Shown here: piece by piece, positions 25,101-39,210 of the stretch
Layout of the letters: every line of letters begins with the position of its first letter
How positions within the stretch are numbered: position 1 is the stretch's first letter
Origin: the human T2T-CHM13v2.0 reference genome, Homo sapiens
Strand: one strand, 5' to 3'
NCBI RefSeq assembly: GCF_009914755.1
Contig: NC_060926.1
Length of the DNA stretch: 64,000 bases
Notes under the pieces: generated by a model
The model's input: the letters and a program-made list of their open reading frames with translations, nothing else
Told to the model about the DNA's origin: nothing
The model's database searches: none
Translations under genes and position numbers: made by a program

Positions 25101-27443
25101 TGTCTCTGTCTCCTTCAATTCTGCTCTGATCTTAGTTATTTCTTATATTCTGCTAGCTATTGGATTAGTTTGCTCTTGCCTCTCTAGCTCTTTTAATTGT
25201 GATGTTAGTGTGTCAACTTGAGATCTTTCTAGCTCTCTGATGTGGGCATTTAGTGCTATAAATTTCCTCTTAACACTGCTTTAACTGTGTCCCAGAGATT
25301 TTGGTATGTTATCTCTGCTCTTTGGTTTCAAAGAACATCTTGATTTCTGCCTTAATTTCATTATTTACCCAGGAGTCACTCAGGAGTAGGTTGTTCAATT
25401 TCCATGTGATTGCATGGTTTTGAGTGAGTTTCTTCATCCTAAGTTCTCATTTGATTGCACTGTGGTCTGAGAGACTGTTATGATTTCAGTTCTTTTGCAT
25501 TTGCCAAGGAGTGTTTTACTTCCAATTATGTGATCAATTTTGTAATAAGTGCCATGTGGCACTGAGAAGAATGTATATTCTGTTCATTTGGGGTGCAGAG
25601 TTCTGTAGATGTCTATTAGGTACACTTGATCCAGAGCTGAGTTCAGTCCTGAATATCTTTGTTAATTTTCTGTCTTGTTGATCTCTCTAATATTGACAGT
25701 GGGGTGTTAAAGTCTCTCACTATTATTGTGTGTAGAGACCTATTAGTTTCTTTGTAGGTCTCTAAGAACTTGTTTTATGAATCCGGTGCTCTTGTATTGG
25801 GTGCATATATATTTAGAATAGTTAGCTTTTCTTGTTGAATTGTACCCTTCACCATTATGTAATGCCCTTGTCATTTTTGATCTTGTAGGTTTAAAGTCTG
25901 TTTTGTCAAAGACTAGGTTTGCAACCCCTGCTTTTTTTGCTTTCCATTTGCTTGGTAAGTTTTCCACCATTCCTTTATTTTGAGCCTATGTGTGTCTTTG
26001 CATGCGAGATGGGTCTCCTGAATACAGCACACTGATGGGTCTTGACTCTTCATTCAATTTGCCAGTCTGTGTCTTTTAATTGGGCCATTTAGCCCATTTA
26101 AATTTAAAGTTAGTATTGTTATGTGTGAATCTGATCCTGTCATCATGATGGTATTTGGTTCTTTTGCACACTAGATGATACAGTTTCTTCATAGAGTCGT
26201 TGGCCTTTATATTTTGGTGTGTTTTTGCAGTGGCTGGTACTGGGTTTCCTTTCCATGTTTAGTGCCCCTTTCAGGAGCTTTTGCAAGGCAGGCCTGTTGG
26301 TAACAAAATCTCTCAGCATTTGCTTGTCTGTAAAGGATTTTATTTCTCCTTTGCTTATGAAGCTTAGTTTGGCTGGATATTAAATTCTGGGTTGAAAATT
26401 CTTTCCTTTAAGAATGTTAAATTTTAGACCCCAAGCTCTTCTGGCTTGTAGAGTTTCTGCTGAGGAGTCTGCTGTTAGTCTGATGGACTTCCCTTTGTAG
26501 GTGACCTGGCCTTTCTCTCTGGCTGCCCTTAACATTTTTTCCTTCATTTTGACCTTGGAGAATCTGATGATTATGTATCTTGGGGTTGATTTTCTCATGG
26601 AGTATCTTAGTGATGTTTTCTAACACCACAGACACTGTGGCCACCCCTCCCCCTAGGGGCTCAGGCCCAGAGAGATCCATTTTCTGTCCCTGAGTCTCTG
26701 GCTGGAGTTATTAGAGTTGCTGCAGGGAAGCCCCACCCAATGAGGATGGATGGGTCAGGCTCAGGCCTGAAGAGGCACTCTGGCAGCAGTCTGCCACAGC
26801 CGGTGTGTTGGGCTATGGGGAACAAGTCTTGGGACCAAGCTGTCCAGCCTCCCTGGCTCCAGCAGGGGAAAAGCATGGCCTGGAGCTATAGAAATGGATG
26901 TCACCCTTACCCCTCCCAGGAAGCTTAGTGTGTTAGGCAGTTGTACCTCCCAGGGCTGGCTGCTGCCCCTCCGCCAAGGAGCATAAATGGCTTAGACAGC
27001 AGGCAGCCACAGCTGTGGTGCTGGTCACTACTCCCCCTGGGAGCTTGGCAGGCTTAAGCAGGTTCCAGCTGAGATGCTGCTGAGAATCTGCGTAGCTCTG
27101 GGGTTGGGATGCTAGGTGCCTGTAGCATGGGTTTGCAAGTGGCGTCTTCCGATCCGTGGGTTGCACATTTCCATGAAAAAAGCAGTTTTGCCGGCTGTGT
27201 TGCATGCTCACTCACTGCCTTCCTTGGCTGGGGGGTGGGGGCTCCCATGCCCCATGTGGCTCTGAGGTGGGCCGCACCACCCTGCTCTTCCTCTCCGTGG
27301 ATCACGCCAGCCACCTAGTCAGTTCTGATGAGAGAACCTGATACTTTGGTTGCGGTGAAGGATTCATACGCTTATTAGGTTTCTTTTCAATGGGAGCCTC
27401 CGATCGCCTCTGTTTCTAGTTGGCCATCTTGGTCCTGCCCTCC
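22140..27443 (-). mobile_element. Near full-length primate L1PA (older subfamily), inactive, with an internal deletion
   Basis: 3' UTR and T-tract at about 22140. Frameshifted ORF2 from about 26143 to 22333 (ORF-track pieces: [39 protein letters not shown]). ORF1 C-terminal part to 26621 (TPRYIIIRFSKVKMKEKMLRAAREKGQVTYKG). GC-rich 5' UTR 26622-27443 starting GGACCAAGATGGCC. Confidence 0.95.
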
Positions 27444-30400
27444 CAAAATTGAATTTGAAACACACTTCATATTAATAGTCACGAGTGTGTCAAACCCAGT
27501 TTTATGGGAGGCTGGATGCAGAAGTGTCTTAACATTTTATAGTTGATGAGAACAAGATAAAAATAGTATTTTCACATTTATTTGTCTAAAATTACAGGAT
27601 TGATTTCTATCTGAGTAGTTATAATTGTGGCTAAATGCTTGGTGACCTATTTTCTGGCATCTACATGAATAGTTGATGTAGTGATTTATGAAGCAAAACA
27701 ATGAGGAAAAAAGCAGTATTTTAACAACTTGCAACTGTCAAGAGAGTTTCCAATGATATAACAGTAAAAAGTAAAATAATTGATAATCAATGGAAAACTC
27801 AGCCTCTGTTTAAATGTGGCAGCTTGAGATGGTCAATTTTAATCTAGTAAAACTATCTACAAAGGAATATTCAAAAGATTTAAGAAAAATATAGTGACTG
27901 CTCAGAAGTAAAACATAATGTCGATTTTGACTGCCAGAAAACAAACTTTCAATAGTGGGAGAGAGGAATGTTAAAAGCAATTCCTACAGAATTTTCTTAT
28001 TTTATTAAAGAAAAGAGAGTATACCATATCTTGTTTTTGGAATCTTGTTTTGTAGATGAAGATACTTTCAAAAAATTTCAACTGACACTGTTCATGAAGC
28101 TCCTTTCCAATATCTTTGAGATGCTTCAACATCTCAAAGATGTTAAATTATTTAAATTGTCATTACATTAGAAAGGTATTACACCAAGAATCAGTAATAA
28201 ATTTTGCCAGAAAATAAGCCACAGGAAGTTTGAGTAAGTTTTTCACCCAATAAAATATCAATTTGTTTAATATCTGAGAATAACATTTAGTACTCAGGAC
28301 AGATGTATATTACAAGCTATTGCTGTAACAAATTAAAAGTGACACCATTTGCAAAGGTACATTATAATCTTTAGCTATTCACCTTTTAAAAATGTTGTTT
28401 TCTTTTAAGTCAGACAGTACACATTATCTTGACTTCTTCTAACATTTAGCTTTCTATTTGTGATTTGCTTTCTTTCTCCCAACTTGCCCTGGGAATTTGT
28501 TTGACTAGTAATTCTCTTGTTCTTGCTCCTTCAGTTTCTCCTCCACTTGTTCCATCTCCTCAACCTACAGAAAATGTATTCCAATTCTAACAACCTAAAA
28601 AGAAAATAAAGCATTGGGCTGCTAAAATTACCATATTGCCATATTTTCGTTATCTTTTCTTTTCCTGACAATCCACAATCCTCTATGCTAACCTCGGTTC
28701 CTCCCTGCTCCTCAGGCACTCTACCTGAGTGTCTCCAGAGACTGTCACTCACTCACAAAATTGATAGGCTTTTATTTTCTACTTTTCGAATACTTCAGCT
28801 TTGGAAGGGAGCACATTATTATACTGACCATGCCTCCTCTTTCTTTCTATTACCACTAATATCTCTTGTAAGATTTAAATATCTGCACTTGAGGAATAAG
28901 ACATTCTATTCTCAACCACATTAAGCTGAAATGTTACCCTGGTATAGCAACTCTACATAAGTTCCCCTTCCTATTTTTACCTAATTTTCCCTACCTGCCT
29001 TTACCTTCTTACATTTTCTTCCCTTTTTCATCATCTCTTTAAATATGCTTTTTTTTTTTTTTTTCTGTTCTTGGTCAAATTGTAATTCTCTTTCCGATCT
29101 GGTATTCAGTGGATGGAAATATTGGAATGTTAACATGAGCAGTGATGCGACATCTGCATCTCAGACTGGTGCACGGAAAAATAATCCCTGGCTGGCAAGA
29201 ATTGTATGTAGGCTAACTGTGAGGATAAAATAATTGTCTACTGGGGGAGCACGGGCCATGCTTCTGTGGTCACTGCCCAAAGCTTATCCCAGTTGTAGGC
29301 TTCTCTGGGTGCACACAGATATTCAAGGAGCTCCAGGCCAAAGAATGAAGTTCAGCCGTAGTAGTTCACATGGCAGCAGTCATTTCAGGTTCCCAGCCCA
29401 TTTAAGGGACATTAAGAGGTTGCAGGACCTTTGAGGGGATTCACAACCCAAGATTAGTATTTGGAGATCCAGGGTTGGAGTGCATTTTCAGTGGAGAACG
29501 AAACGCTGTATAGGTAAGTCAGAGGCCCAAATATAAGACCTAGGAGATCTACACTGAAGGCTTCCGAATAAGTGAGGGTTTTTCTGTTGTGCCTCCATTT
29601 CAAATGCCACTTTTTTATGTTTTTTGAGTATTGTGATAATCAATTCTTATTGTTCCTAGAATCAGACAGATACTGCTGTGTAAGCTCTGGTCCCTTAAGG
29701 GGCCATGGCCCAGAGTTCTGACTGGCTCATGGATTCTTAATATGCTTTATTGACTTATGATTTCTTCAACATCAGGGAAGGATAAGTGTCTCCTGGGAAA
29801 ATAAAATTTTCACTAAGGATCTTGTTCTGTCCCTTCTCAATTCTAGTATTTCCTTTTGCTGTAGCAACCAATATACTTATTTATCAGGGAAACTTGCCCC
29901 AGGCCTTATCTACTTCGATATTTTATAAAGTCATTTGACTACAGACATCTAGCAACCCTCCATGTTAGGCTATGAAGATTGTAAGTTTCCTATATCTTAC
30001 ATTACATTAGAATGAAGGTGAAGAGTTGAGATGACAGGGCCCTTCTATTAATGCTCCATAATAATTATCTCTGCTATGTGTCTGAGAAGTGATTCCCACT
30101 GAATGGCCAATAGAAGTAACCAAGAACACTGGAAAGAGTCCAGGACTTGGATTCAGGTATTGGCTACTACTCCAAGCTCTACAAATAACTAAGTATGTGT
30201 AAGCATGGGCTACTAAGCCCATCTCTAGGCCTTGGATTTTATATCTCTTAGGATAAGGTTTAGCCACCAGATAGCTAAGATCATTCATTCAAAGTGTATA
30301 TGTGCCAGATGAGATAGAACAATAAGGGAGTGTCATATGTAAAAGGAGAAAATACTTAGTAAACAGCTATAGACGCTGCAATGCATAAATGCTGCTGCAT

Positions 30401-30769
30401 ACGCTTACGTATATAGTATCCACTTAACCTATTATGTGTGCGTAAGGGGGTGGAATTGGGCAAGATGAAATTGTGGAATAATTCTTGGAAGAGGAGGTAA
30501 ATGAGCTGCATCTAAAGGCTAAGAAAGAATAAACATGATGAAATGTGAATGAGAGTATTTCTCAGGTAGAAAGATCATCATTGCATGCAGTTGTATGGTG
30601 GGTAAAGCCTGCATAAAGTGATTATTTCTGGGGTACAGAGGATGGGGAAAAGTCAGTCTAAGTGGGCAAATAGGAGACCAATCCTGAAGAGCTATTCAGC
30701 CTTGCAAGTGGCTGGGCTTCATGCTGAAGGCCTTAGGAAGTTACTGGTGATCTAAAGAAGGAAATGGCA

Positions 30770-31417
<648 letters not shown>

Positions 31418-32231
31418 CAGACTTGTGTTTTTGAAGATCCCTGTGGCTGCAGTGGCTGCCGGGGGGAGAATGAGTTTGAAGAAGCAAAGCTGCAGAGTAG
31501 GGAGACAGATAAGCGTGAGAAATTAGGAATGTCTGCAGTATATCAATAGAGTAGAATTAGGAAGAAGTGGGTGAATCTGAACCATACTGAGGAAGTAGAA
31601 TCAACAGGTCATGAGAATTGTACTTTTTATTTCCATATATTGAAATAGTGTTTTGTATTGTCATGTAAGCTTTAGCTAATTAAAAAACCAAACATTTTCT
31701 AGGTCTAATTATGAAATCTTGAGAAATTTCAGTCATTTTTTGGAAAATTTGATGTTTTTACATAATATAACTTTCTTGCACTGATTTTTTTGGCTCTTAG
31801 TTCATTTCCGTTCCCATCAGTATGATTGTTAAATCCCTAGTCATTTATGCAGATATTATATATTTTGAATATTCTTAAACAAAATTCTACAAAGTCTAGG
31901 ATTTTTCTAACTTAGGTTAATCTGTTTGTGCTTAATTGGGCTCCTACTATGTGCTTAGCATGCTCTTTTTACTTCTTAAAAAAGAAAAAAACAACTTTTT
32001 GATACTTTTTTGAAAAGTGGAGACAAACTTTTCCATCTTTAGGGCATAGTATCAGTAACTGATGCTTAGTGGGAACCAGAAATCCTCACCTGTTCATCGT
32101 ATCTTCTCCCAGTGGAGTACCTTCCAAATTTATTTCTTCTTTTTCAATGGCAAATTAAACTCATCAAAACTGCCTTTTCAATTCTTTCTAACTGGAAACA
32201 AGCAGGAGCATTCCAGCATTCTTTATCCTAC

Positions 32232-32249
32232 ACTGACATCTGGTGGCCA
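32232..32249 (-). promoter_or_regulatory. Candidate CTCF core motif
   Basis: Minus strand TGGCCACCAGATGTCAGT is one mismatch from the CCASYAGRKGGCRS consensus. Motif match only. Confidence 0.35.
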
Positions 32250-33824
32250 AACAAAGCATTAAGAAACACTCCTGTGGGTTCTTAGATCCCTGTAAACATA
32301 CTACAATTTATATATGTAATACGGGCTCAAACCCAAGGGATGCAAATATGGACAGTGTGTAGTCATCCGTCAAAAAGTGTTTAGTCTACCTATGACAACC
32401 TTCTGAACACTAATGTTATGCAATGCAAGTCCAGCTAATTCTTAAAACCATCCCTACCTCTGGGATGGTGATAAAGATAGATGCAATACATGTGAGCTTA
32501 TAGGAAGAGGAGTGCAAGGTAGGGTGGTGAGTCAAGGCTGGTTCTGCTGGGTGCTTGGGGACCAGGTTAGGCATCATCGTAGACAACATAGTCTTCACTG
32601 CTTCCTGAGCTATACCGCTTCACTTTCCAGAATCCATCTTTTCTGCCCAGAAATCTCTTTCCGGGTTATTGACACCTCTTGTATAGGTTATCGATACCTC
32701 TGATATTGCTTCTAAACAGCTTTTCTTTCCTAAGGTTTTATAAATCTAGGAGTATTTTCTGATAGAATCATTTACCTTTCAATTTTTTTACTTGCTTTAA
32801 GAAATATTCCAAAACAATTTACTTTTCTCTTGCGCATTTCAATCACTAAAGATCTCTAAAAATTGTTGAGCAAATAAAAGAATGAAATTTGAAGTACTTT
32901 TTTTTATAATTGCAATTTATATCTTGATTTTTTGGCCCCCTATCAGGTTTAATCAAAATTATTATATTTCCAATCTTGGGTTATTTCTTGAGGCAGCGAA
33001 AAATGTAAGAATCTGTTTTCTTCCTAGTGTGACTGATTTTTGCTTTTGAGAATATTGACAGATTCTTTAGGTCTGATTTCACCTTTATTTCAAGTTAGTA
33101 CCAAATATAATAATGAATACTGATGTAATTGATTATGATATTCAAAATTGTCTAACATGTGATGGCAAGTATAATTTTGATTGTCACTTATCTATTAGTT
33201 ATACTTTTTCAAATTTCGGACCCAAATAAGGCCACTTATCTAGTGAACTCTTTATTAGAGCAACATGTGGTTTATTTAAAATGTTTGATTTTTTAATCTT
33301 TAAATACATTTAATACTTTAGTCTTTCTGTGTGATTTCTTATGTTAGTACTGCTAATCTTTACTTCTCCCTCCAGGATTATGACTTCTCGTGTGCTTCCT
33401 ATGTTACAGTGCTGGGAACGTGATAGGGAGTTACTTAAATGTTCTAAGATTTAGTTTGATTCAGTGGTGAAGTAAACCACACACAAACACACACACACAC
33501 GTGCAACAACTGCACGTGAAGCATCCATTTGGATTTTTCAACCATACTGCTCAACGTATTTCCTGAACTTCTTTTCCAGCAGAATATTATGGAAACTTCA
33601 CTATAACCTATTGAGTCCCATTCTTTATTTCCCCAAATGTTCTCTGATACTGTCTTTTTTTCTGATTGTATAAATTCATTGAGCTAAGGCTGTAGAAAAA
33701 CAATTACTCATATGCACGTATGATTAGCAGGCACCCAACATAACTGAGAACATAAATAGTCGGTTGTGGTTTGACCTGGTTACATTGGCCATGCTAAACA
33801 ATGGTGGGACAGCATCTCATAGGG

Positions 33825-33995
33825 CAGAGAACAGGCTTGTGTTTGAATCTTACCAAATAACTCTTCCCTCTGTGCCTCTGTTTCTTCATCTATAAAATGA
33901 GATAATAATGTTGACTCCAAGTTGGTGGTAGTTTTGTGGGATGAACATTTATATGTGTCTAATCTATAGTAGGCACTCATAAATACTAGTTTTCT
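33825..33995 (+). mobile_element. MIR SINE
   Basis: ctctgtgcctctgtttcttcatctataaaatgagataataat...tagtaggcactcataaat. Confidence 0.75.
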
Positions 33996-35016
33996 TCTTC
34001 TCCTACCCATCTTAATAGACGTGTTGGCCAGACATCTTTCATCCAGATTCAGCTGTGAAGCTATTCCCTAGAAAAACCCTGGGAAAAAGCTCCTGACTGA
34101 AAAGTTGTTATGCCACTGGAGAGTAGCTATTGATATTATAATGTCATTTGCTCTCCCTTGCCTATAGCCAAACCCTAATGCATAACAGACTCCAAAGAAG
34201 GTCTGGCCAAAGCATAAAGCAGTCTTGAGAGGCTGGCCATTCTATGTGACAGGAGAAATTCCAAACAGATTAAATTACCTCTTGGTGTAAGAGTGATTCT
34301 TAACGTGAGACCTAACAAGTCCAGTGTGAATACTAAGAATGTAAGTTTCTCCATTGTGTCTATTTGGGAATTCTTATTGCTTAACCAGCTTCTGATGCTG
34401 TGAATGCCATTTTTAGTTTCACATTAAATATGAGATTTCTTCTGCTTTGTTGGTCTCTGAAGATTGCTCAGCGAGCACCTGGAATAAAGAGGAGCGAATG
34501 GCAGAAAGCGGGTAGGGATAAAGGGAGAAAAGATGACATAGACTGTGGTCCCTGATGAATCCAGGAACCACAGCCTGAAGCAGTTTATCGTATTTTAAAC
34601 ATGTTCTGTCCAAAAGATGCTGCCAAATAATCATGCAATCTAAGAATGTGCATGGTATGCAAATGCAGTTTGAAGACAGGTCCTGTCTCCCTCCCAACCA
34701 GATTGTCTCTTCCCCAAGTGTCCTGTGAAGGAGTTTGAAACTGACACTGCTTGTTTTCCAGGTTTAGTACTTTCCTCACTTTAGCAGATCCTATGAAAGG
34801 ACCAGGAAAACATTATTTCTCCATCCATCTGTTTGAAAATCTCTTGCTGTTATCATCTACAACCTTAATCATGCTTCTTAAGCTTATTTGGGACACTGAG
34901 GTCTACACTGGTGATCGTCTGGATATTATTTTCTTTTCCTTTCTTCTCTTAGTTTTGGCATCTGTTTAAAAAGTTTTAAGATAATCTTTCACAAGTACAC
35001 AGCATATAAAATATGT

Positions 35017-35377
35017 TGTCTCAGTTTGTTTGGGCTTCTGTAACAGAATACCTTAGACTGAGTCATTTATAAACAATGGTAATTTATTGCTCATGGTTTT
35101 GGAGGCCAGGGAGTTCAGGATAGGTGTTGACAGACTCAGTTTCTTGTGAGCGCTCACTCTGTGCTTCAAAGGTGATGCCTTCTTACTGTGTCATCACATG
35201 GTGGAAGGGGCAGGGAGCCCCTCAAGCCTCTTTTATAAGGGCACTAATCCCATTGATAAGGGTAGATCCCTCCAGATATAGTCACCCCACAAAGCCCACA
35301 CCTCTTAATACTATCACTTTGGGTATTAAATTCCAACATATGAATTTTGAGGGCACACAGACATTCAGACCATAGGA
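35017..35377 (-). mobile_element. MLT1A-type MaLR solo LTR
   Basis: tgtctcagtttgtttgggcttctgtaacagaatacc...ttccaacatatgaattttgagggcacacagacattcagaccatag. Confidence 0.8.
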
Positions 35378-38159
35378 TATTTGGACATTTTTCTATATCA
35401 AAATAAAAAGCGCAGATCTTTACATTTTACAGCTTCATTTCTTCCAGGAGATGCCCATACATATTACTTGAGGGCCCAAATGAATTTATAGTTGGGAGGT
35501 TTTAACTACAGGGTTTCCTAAGATATTTTCTGTGCCTACCAAAACTGACCAGATTTGCATGGAAGTTAAGAATCGTGTTTTATTTTAAAGCAAGTACATG
35601 GCTAATCTTCTCAGGTGATGTATTTGAGAACTGAATCGCTGTGTAGAATTTTTGCTCTAATTAATTTGAATATATATTTCAAAGATTTTAAGATCCTACA
35701 TTTTAACAACACAATCTTGTGTTTGGCACAAGTACTTAAGATAAAAAACATCACTGACCAAATACAAGTTTTCCATGGACATTTTTCTTTTACAAAGATC
35801 TGTCACAGATTTGAAGAAGATGACATTTGTAGAGATCTGATGGAGCGGTAGGTCTCTTAGGGAGGAGAAGATAACGCGGTTATCTGCCACCAACCCCCAG
35901 AGTGTGGCAGCCCTTTGGCCAGTGGATGCATGCTGTTTTTATTTTCAGATTCTCTCAAGTCTACATGTCAGAATCACTTTCAAAATCTGGATCAGCAAAA
36001 TAAACTTAAAATGACATAGGCAAAGGCACACTTAATAAATATTACAATACCTTAGAAATTAGTTTTCCTGAAGTAAGTAGGAAGAAACAAATTTATACTG
36101 AAAATGCAAAACAACCTGAAAATATATATATATATGTCAAAATGCTTATGATTTTTCTTTTGAGTTGTGGTGACTGTGAATATTTTTTCCTATTTTTATT
36201 ATTTTCCAAACTTTTTTCCATGAATATTCTTTAATAAAAAATATGCATAGTATTTGCGAAAAATTAAATCTGTTTACAGATATGTTGCAAATATTAAAGT
36301 AGTATAAGGAACACTGGTATGTCCTTTATTAACTATTGTTAATATTTTATCATATTGGCTTGTCATTTGTATACATGTTTGCTCTTCTCCCATACACACA
36401 CTCCTTAACTATTTTTAAGTAGATAAAATCAACTTTATTTTACATTTTTACATCCATATATATACATACAGACACTTCAGAGAATATTTCTTTGATTCTG
36501 TTAAGATTTGTGGATTTATAGAAGAGTTGTACCAGAGCTCCTGTAAGCTTGCTAGTTTTGCCTAGTTTAAGTATTAATTTAATGGAAGGCTATGTATAAC
36601 AAAACCTCTGCAAATATTGACTTTAGACAGTCATGGCCATGAAACATTGTGTCCCTGCAAATAATCACTAACCAAAGTTATACTAATTCATGCACGCCTA
36701 TTCTCATTACCTGTATTAAAAAAAAAACCCACAAAATAGAGTAAAATTTGTTCCTGGTGGATTATGAAATAATACTGAAAACTTTCTTTTCCGTATTTTA
36801 TGAACCTTTACTTAAGAAACATTATTTAAAATATAATAGAATGTGATTTCCAATTAGGTCAGTGTAAATAATAAAACACATGACATTTTAAAGATAGGGC
36901 ACTTGTATTTTATCCCCAGTAGGGGAAAGAAAGAGAAAGAGACAGGCAGACAAAGAGACAGACAGAGATCTGCATAATCCATTCATTTCTGAAGATAACT
37001 AGCTACTATGATGCTGCATTTCTTTTCTCATAGGCCCATAAAACTTCAAAATTGAGAAAGATATTTGAGGCCATCCAGTATCACTTTCATAATATTGGAA
37101 GTTCCCACTGCAGCATCCATAACATCTGGACTTTTGTCTTTGCAGGACATTATTGAGAGGAAATATTGGGGTGGAGGCAGATGACTTGTTCTAATTGTTA
37201 AAAGCTCTAATTGTTAAAAATAAAGAAAGAGTTTCTTCTTACACTGACATTTCCAAAGTAAATTACCAAAGCACTATACCCGTCCCTGATTGTTAGACTT
37301 TACCACATTATTATTATGGTCACAGACATGTCTTATTTCCATGACGTGGCTGAGAAATCCTTGATGAGAAAATCTCATAGCAATCTCTCCCCAGATCACT
37401 TTTCACATACGATAGGTAGTAAAAAAATATTTGAGAATAGTTGATTGTGCCAGACTGTTGTGTCTCATTATGAAAAAAAGCCTGTTAAGTGATATCTTTT
37501 CCACCGTTTTGTCCTCCTTCAGCCCGTTTTCTCACATGGCCACTAAAGTTAACTTTCTAAAAATCATAGGCTTCCATGCCTCTCTTCTCTTCTGCTTACA
37601 CAAGAATCTCTTTCCAGAGGTCCCACTCACAACTACAAGTAGGTTGACTTATTTTTTTATGGGATTGGGAAGAGGAGGAGGCTGCTGGTTCTTGTGAGGT
37701 TTTCAAGTGGAACTGCCTTGGTTACCTCTTTGGTTAAAAGTTAAAGATATTAAGTTTCAATATTTGTTACTTTAACAAAATGTGTGCTATACATTGAGTT
37801 AATATTGACCAACTCTTTAATTTGGGCTCCCCAATTTTAGACATTTACAATCCAACCTAAATTAATATATGGTGGCCAATTGCCACACCCTTGAAAAAGT
37901 AAATGATGAGTTTATTATTAGAGAATAATATGCTAGGAAATAAGGTATAAATCATATGTATCAGTCTTTGACCCAAAAGCTTCCAACAAACTGATTCTCA
38001 AACCAGTGTAACTTTGATTTTCTATTACTTTTGCTAATGTCAACAACCCTAATCCTGCAGTTTGTTCTTTAGAGATATTTTAAGTCAATTATGCTATTTA
38101 TGTTTTTACATTTATAATTATACAAATAATAGTTTTTTAGACTAACTTTATCTGAGGAT

Positions 38160-39210
38160 AACTAAACTTTCTCCTGAGCTCTAGACATCTGTTTAGCTGT
38201 GTATGTAACATCTGAATTTGAATGATTTTTAAGTATCTGAAAAATTCTCTAACTAAATTGAGCATTTTTATTCTGTCAAGCTTAGGCTGTTTTCTTCTTC
38301 TTCTTCTTCTTCTTCTTCTTCTTCTTCTTCTTCTTCTTCTTCTTCTTCTTCTTCTTCTTCCTCCTCCTCCTCCTCCTCCTTCTTCTTCTTCTCTTTCTTC
38401 CTCTTCTTCTTTTTTAAGCTAAAGGAACTACGTTTGGTAATATAGCCATTGAATCCAGAAAACTGAGAATCCTGCCCACTTTTCTCTCCAGTTAACCTTG
38501 ATATGCTATGAATTCAGTTCCCTTTAGAACTCTTGATTTGTTTCTCCCATCTTCATGAACACTGGCTAATCAGGCCCATATTTTTTGCCTGGATCATTGC
38601 AATAACTTCCTAACTGGTTGCCCTGCCCCCCGCCCCACCAACTCCTTCCCTCTGTATTCCATCATCTTGGTAAGCCCAGCCTTTCTAAAATGCTAGTCAC
38701 ATATTATTTACTAGTAAAACTCTGTCTTCAGGATCAACTTTAAAGCTCTTAGCACAGTACCAAATCGTTTCCGTAGGTCCCTGCATACATCTCCCATTGC
38801 ATAGCCTCCTTTTCCACACATTGTATTCCACATTCTGCCGTAATGAACTGTTTATCATTTTCAGGTACATAGTCACTGTTTAATCCATGTGTTGGCCCTC
38901 ATGGGAGTTCCTCTGTCTGTTCCTTCCTTCCCTTCTTTTCTGAATAATAAATTTATATTCAGCCTTCCAGATCTACTTATTTTTTGAAACCTTTCCTAAC
39001 TACCCCAATTTCTATGCCACTATTCCTTCTATGCTACTATTGTACTTTATGCATATTGTTAAGAATATTGTTCTGTTTTTTGTTTCTGTCTCTCCAAATG
39101 TGAGCACCAAATAGACAGAGATCATGTATTGTTCACACTTTCACATGCACTTTTAGCACAAAGACATTAAAGAAATATTTGTTGAATGGCTGCTTAAATG
39201 AATATATTAA
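38160..39210 (+). mobile_element. L2 LINE remnant
   Basis: cctggatcattgcaataacttcctaactggtt... ending aaatatttgttgaatggctgcttaaatgaat. Confidence 0.6.
38292..38410. repeat. (TTC)23(CTC)6(TTC)n trinucleotide repeat inside an L2 remnant
   Basis: 23 perfect TTC units at 38292-38360, then CTC units and degenerate TTC. Confidence 0.95.

Noticed and set aside
22333-26598. Many 60-120 aa ORFs with RT, endonuclease or ORF1 similarity
   Set aside because: Frameshifted fragments of one dead L1, not genes.
38222-38422. Poly-Leu/Pro/Ser ORF resembling a signal or TM peptide
   Set aside because: Translation of the TTC/CTC microsatellite.
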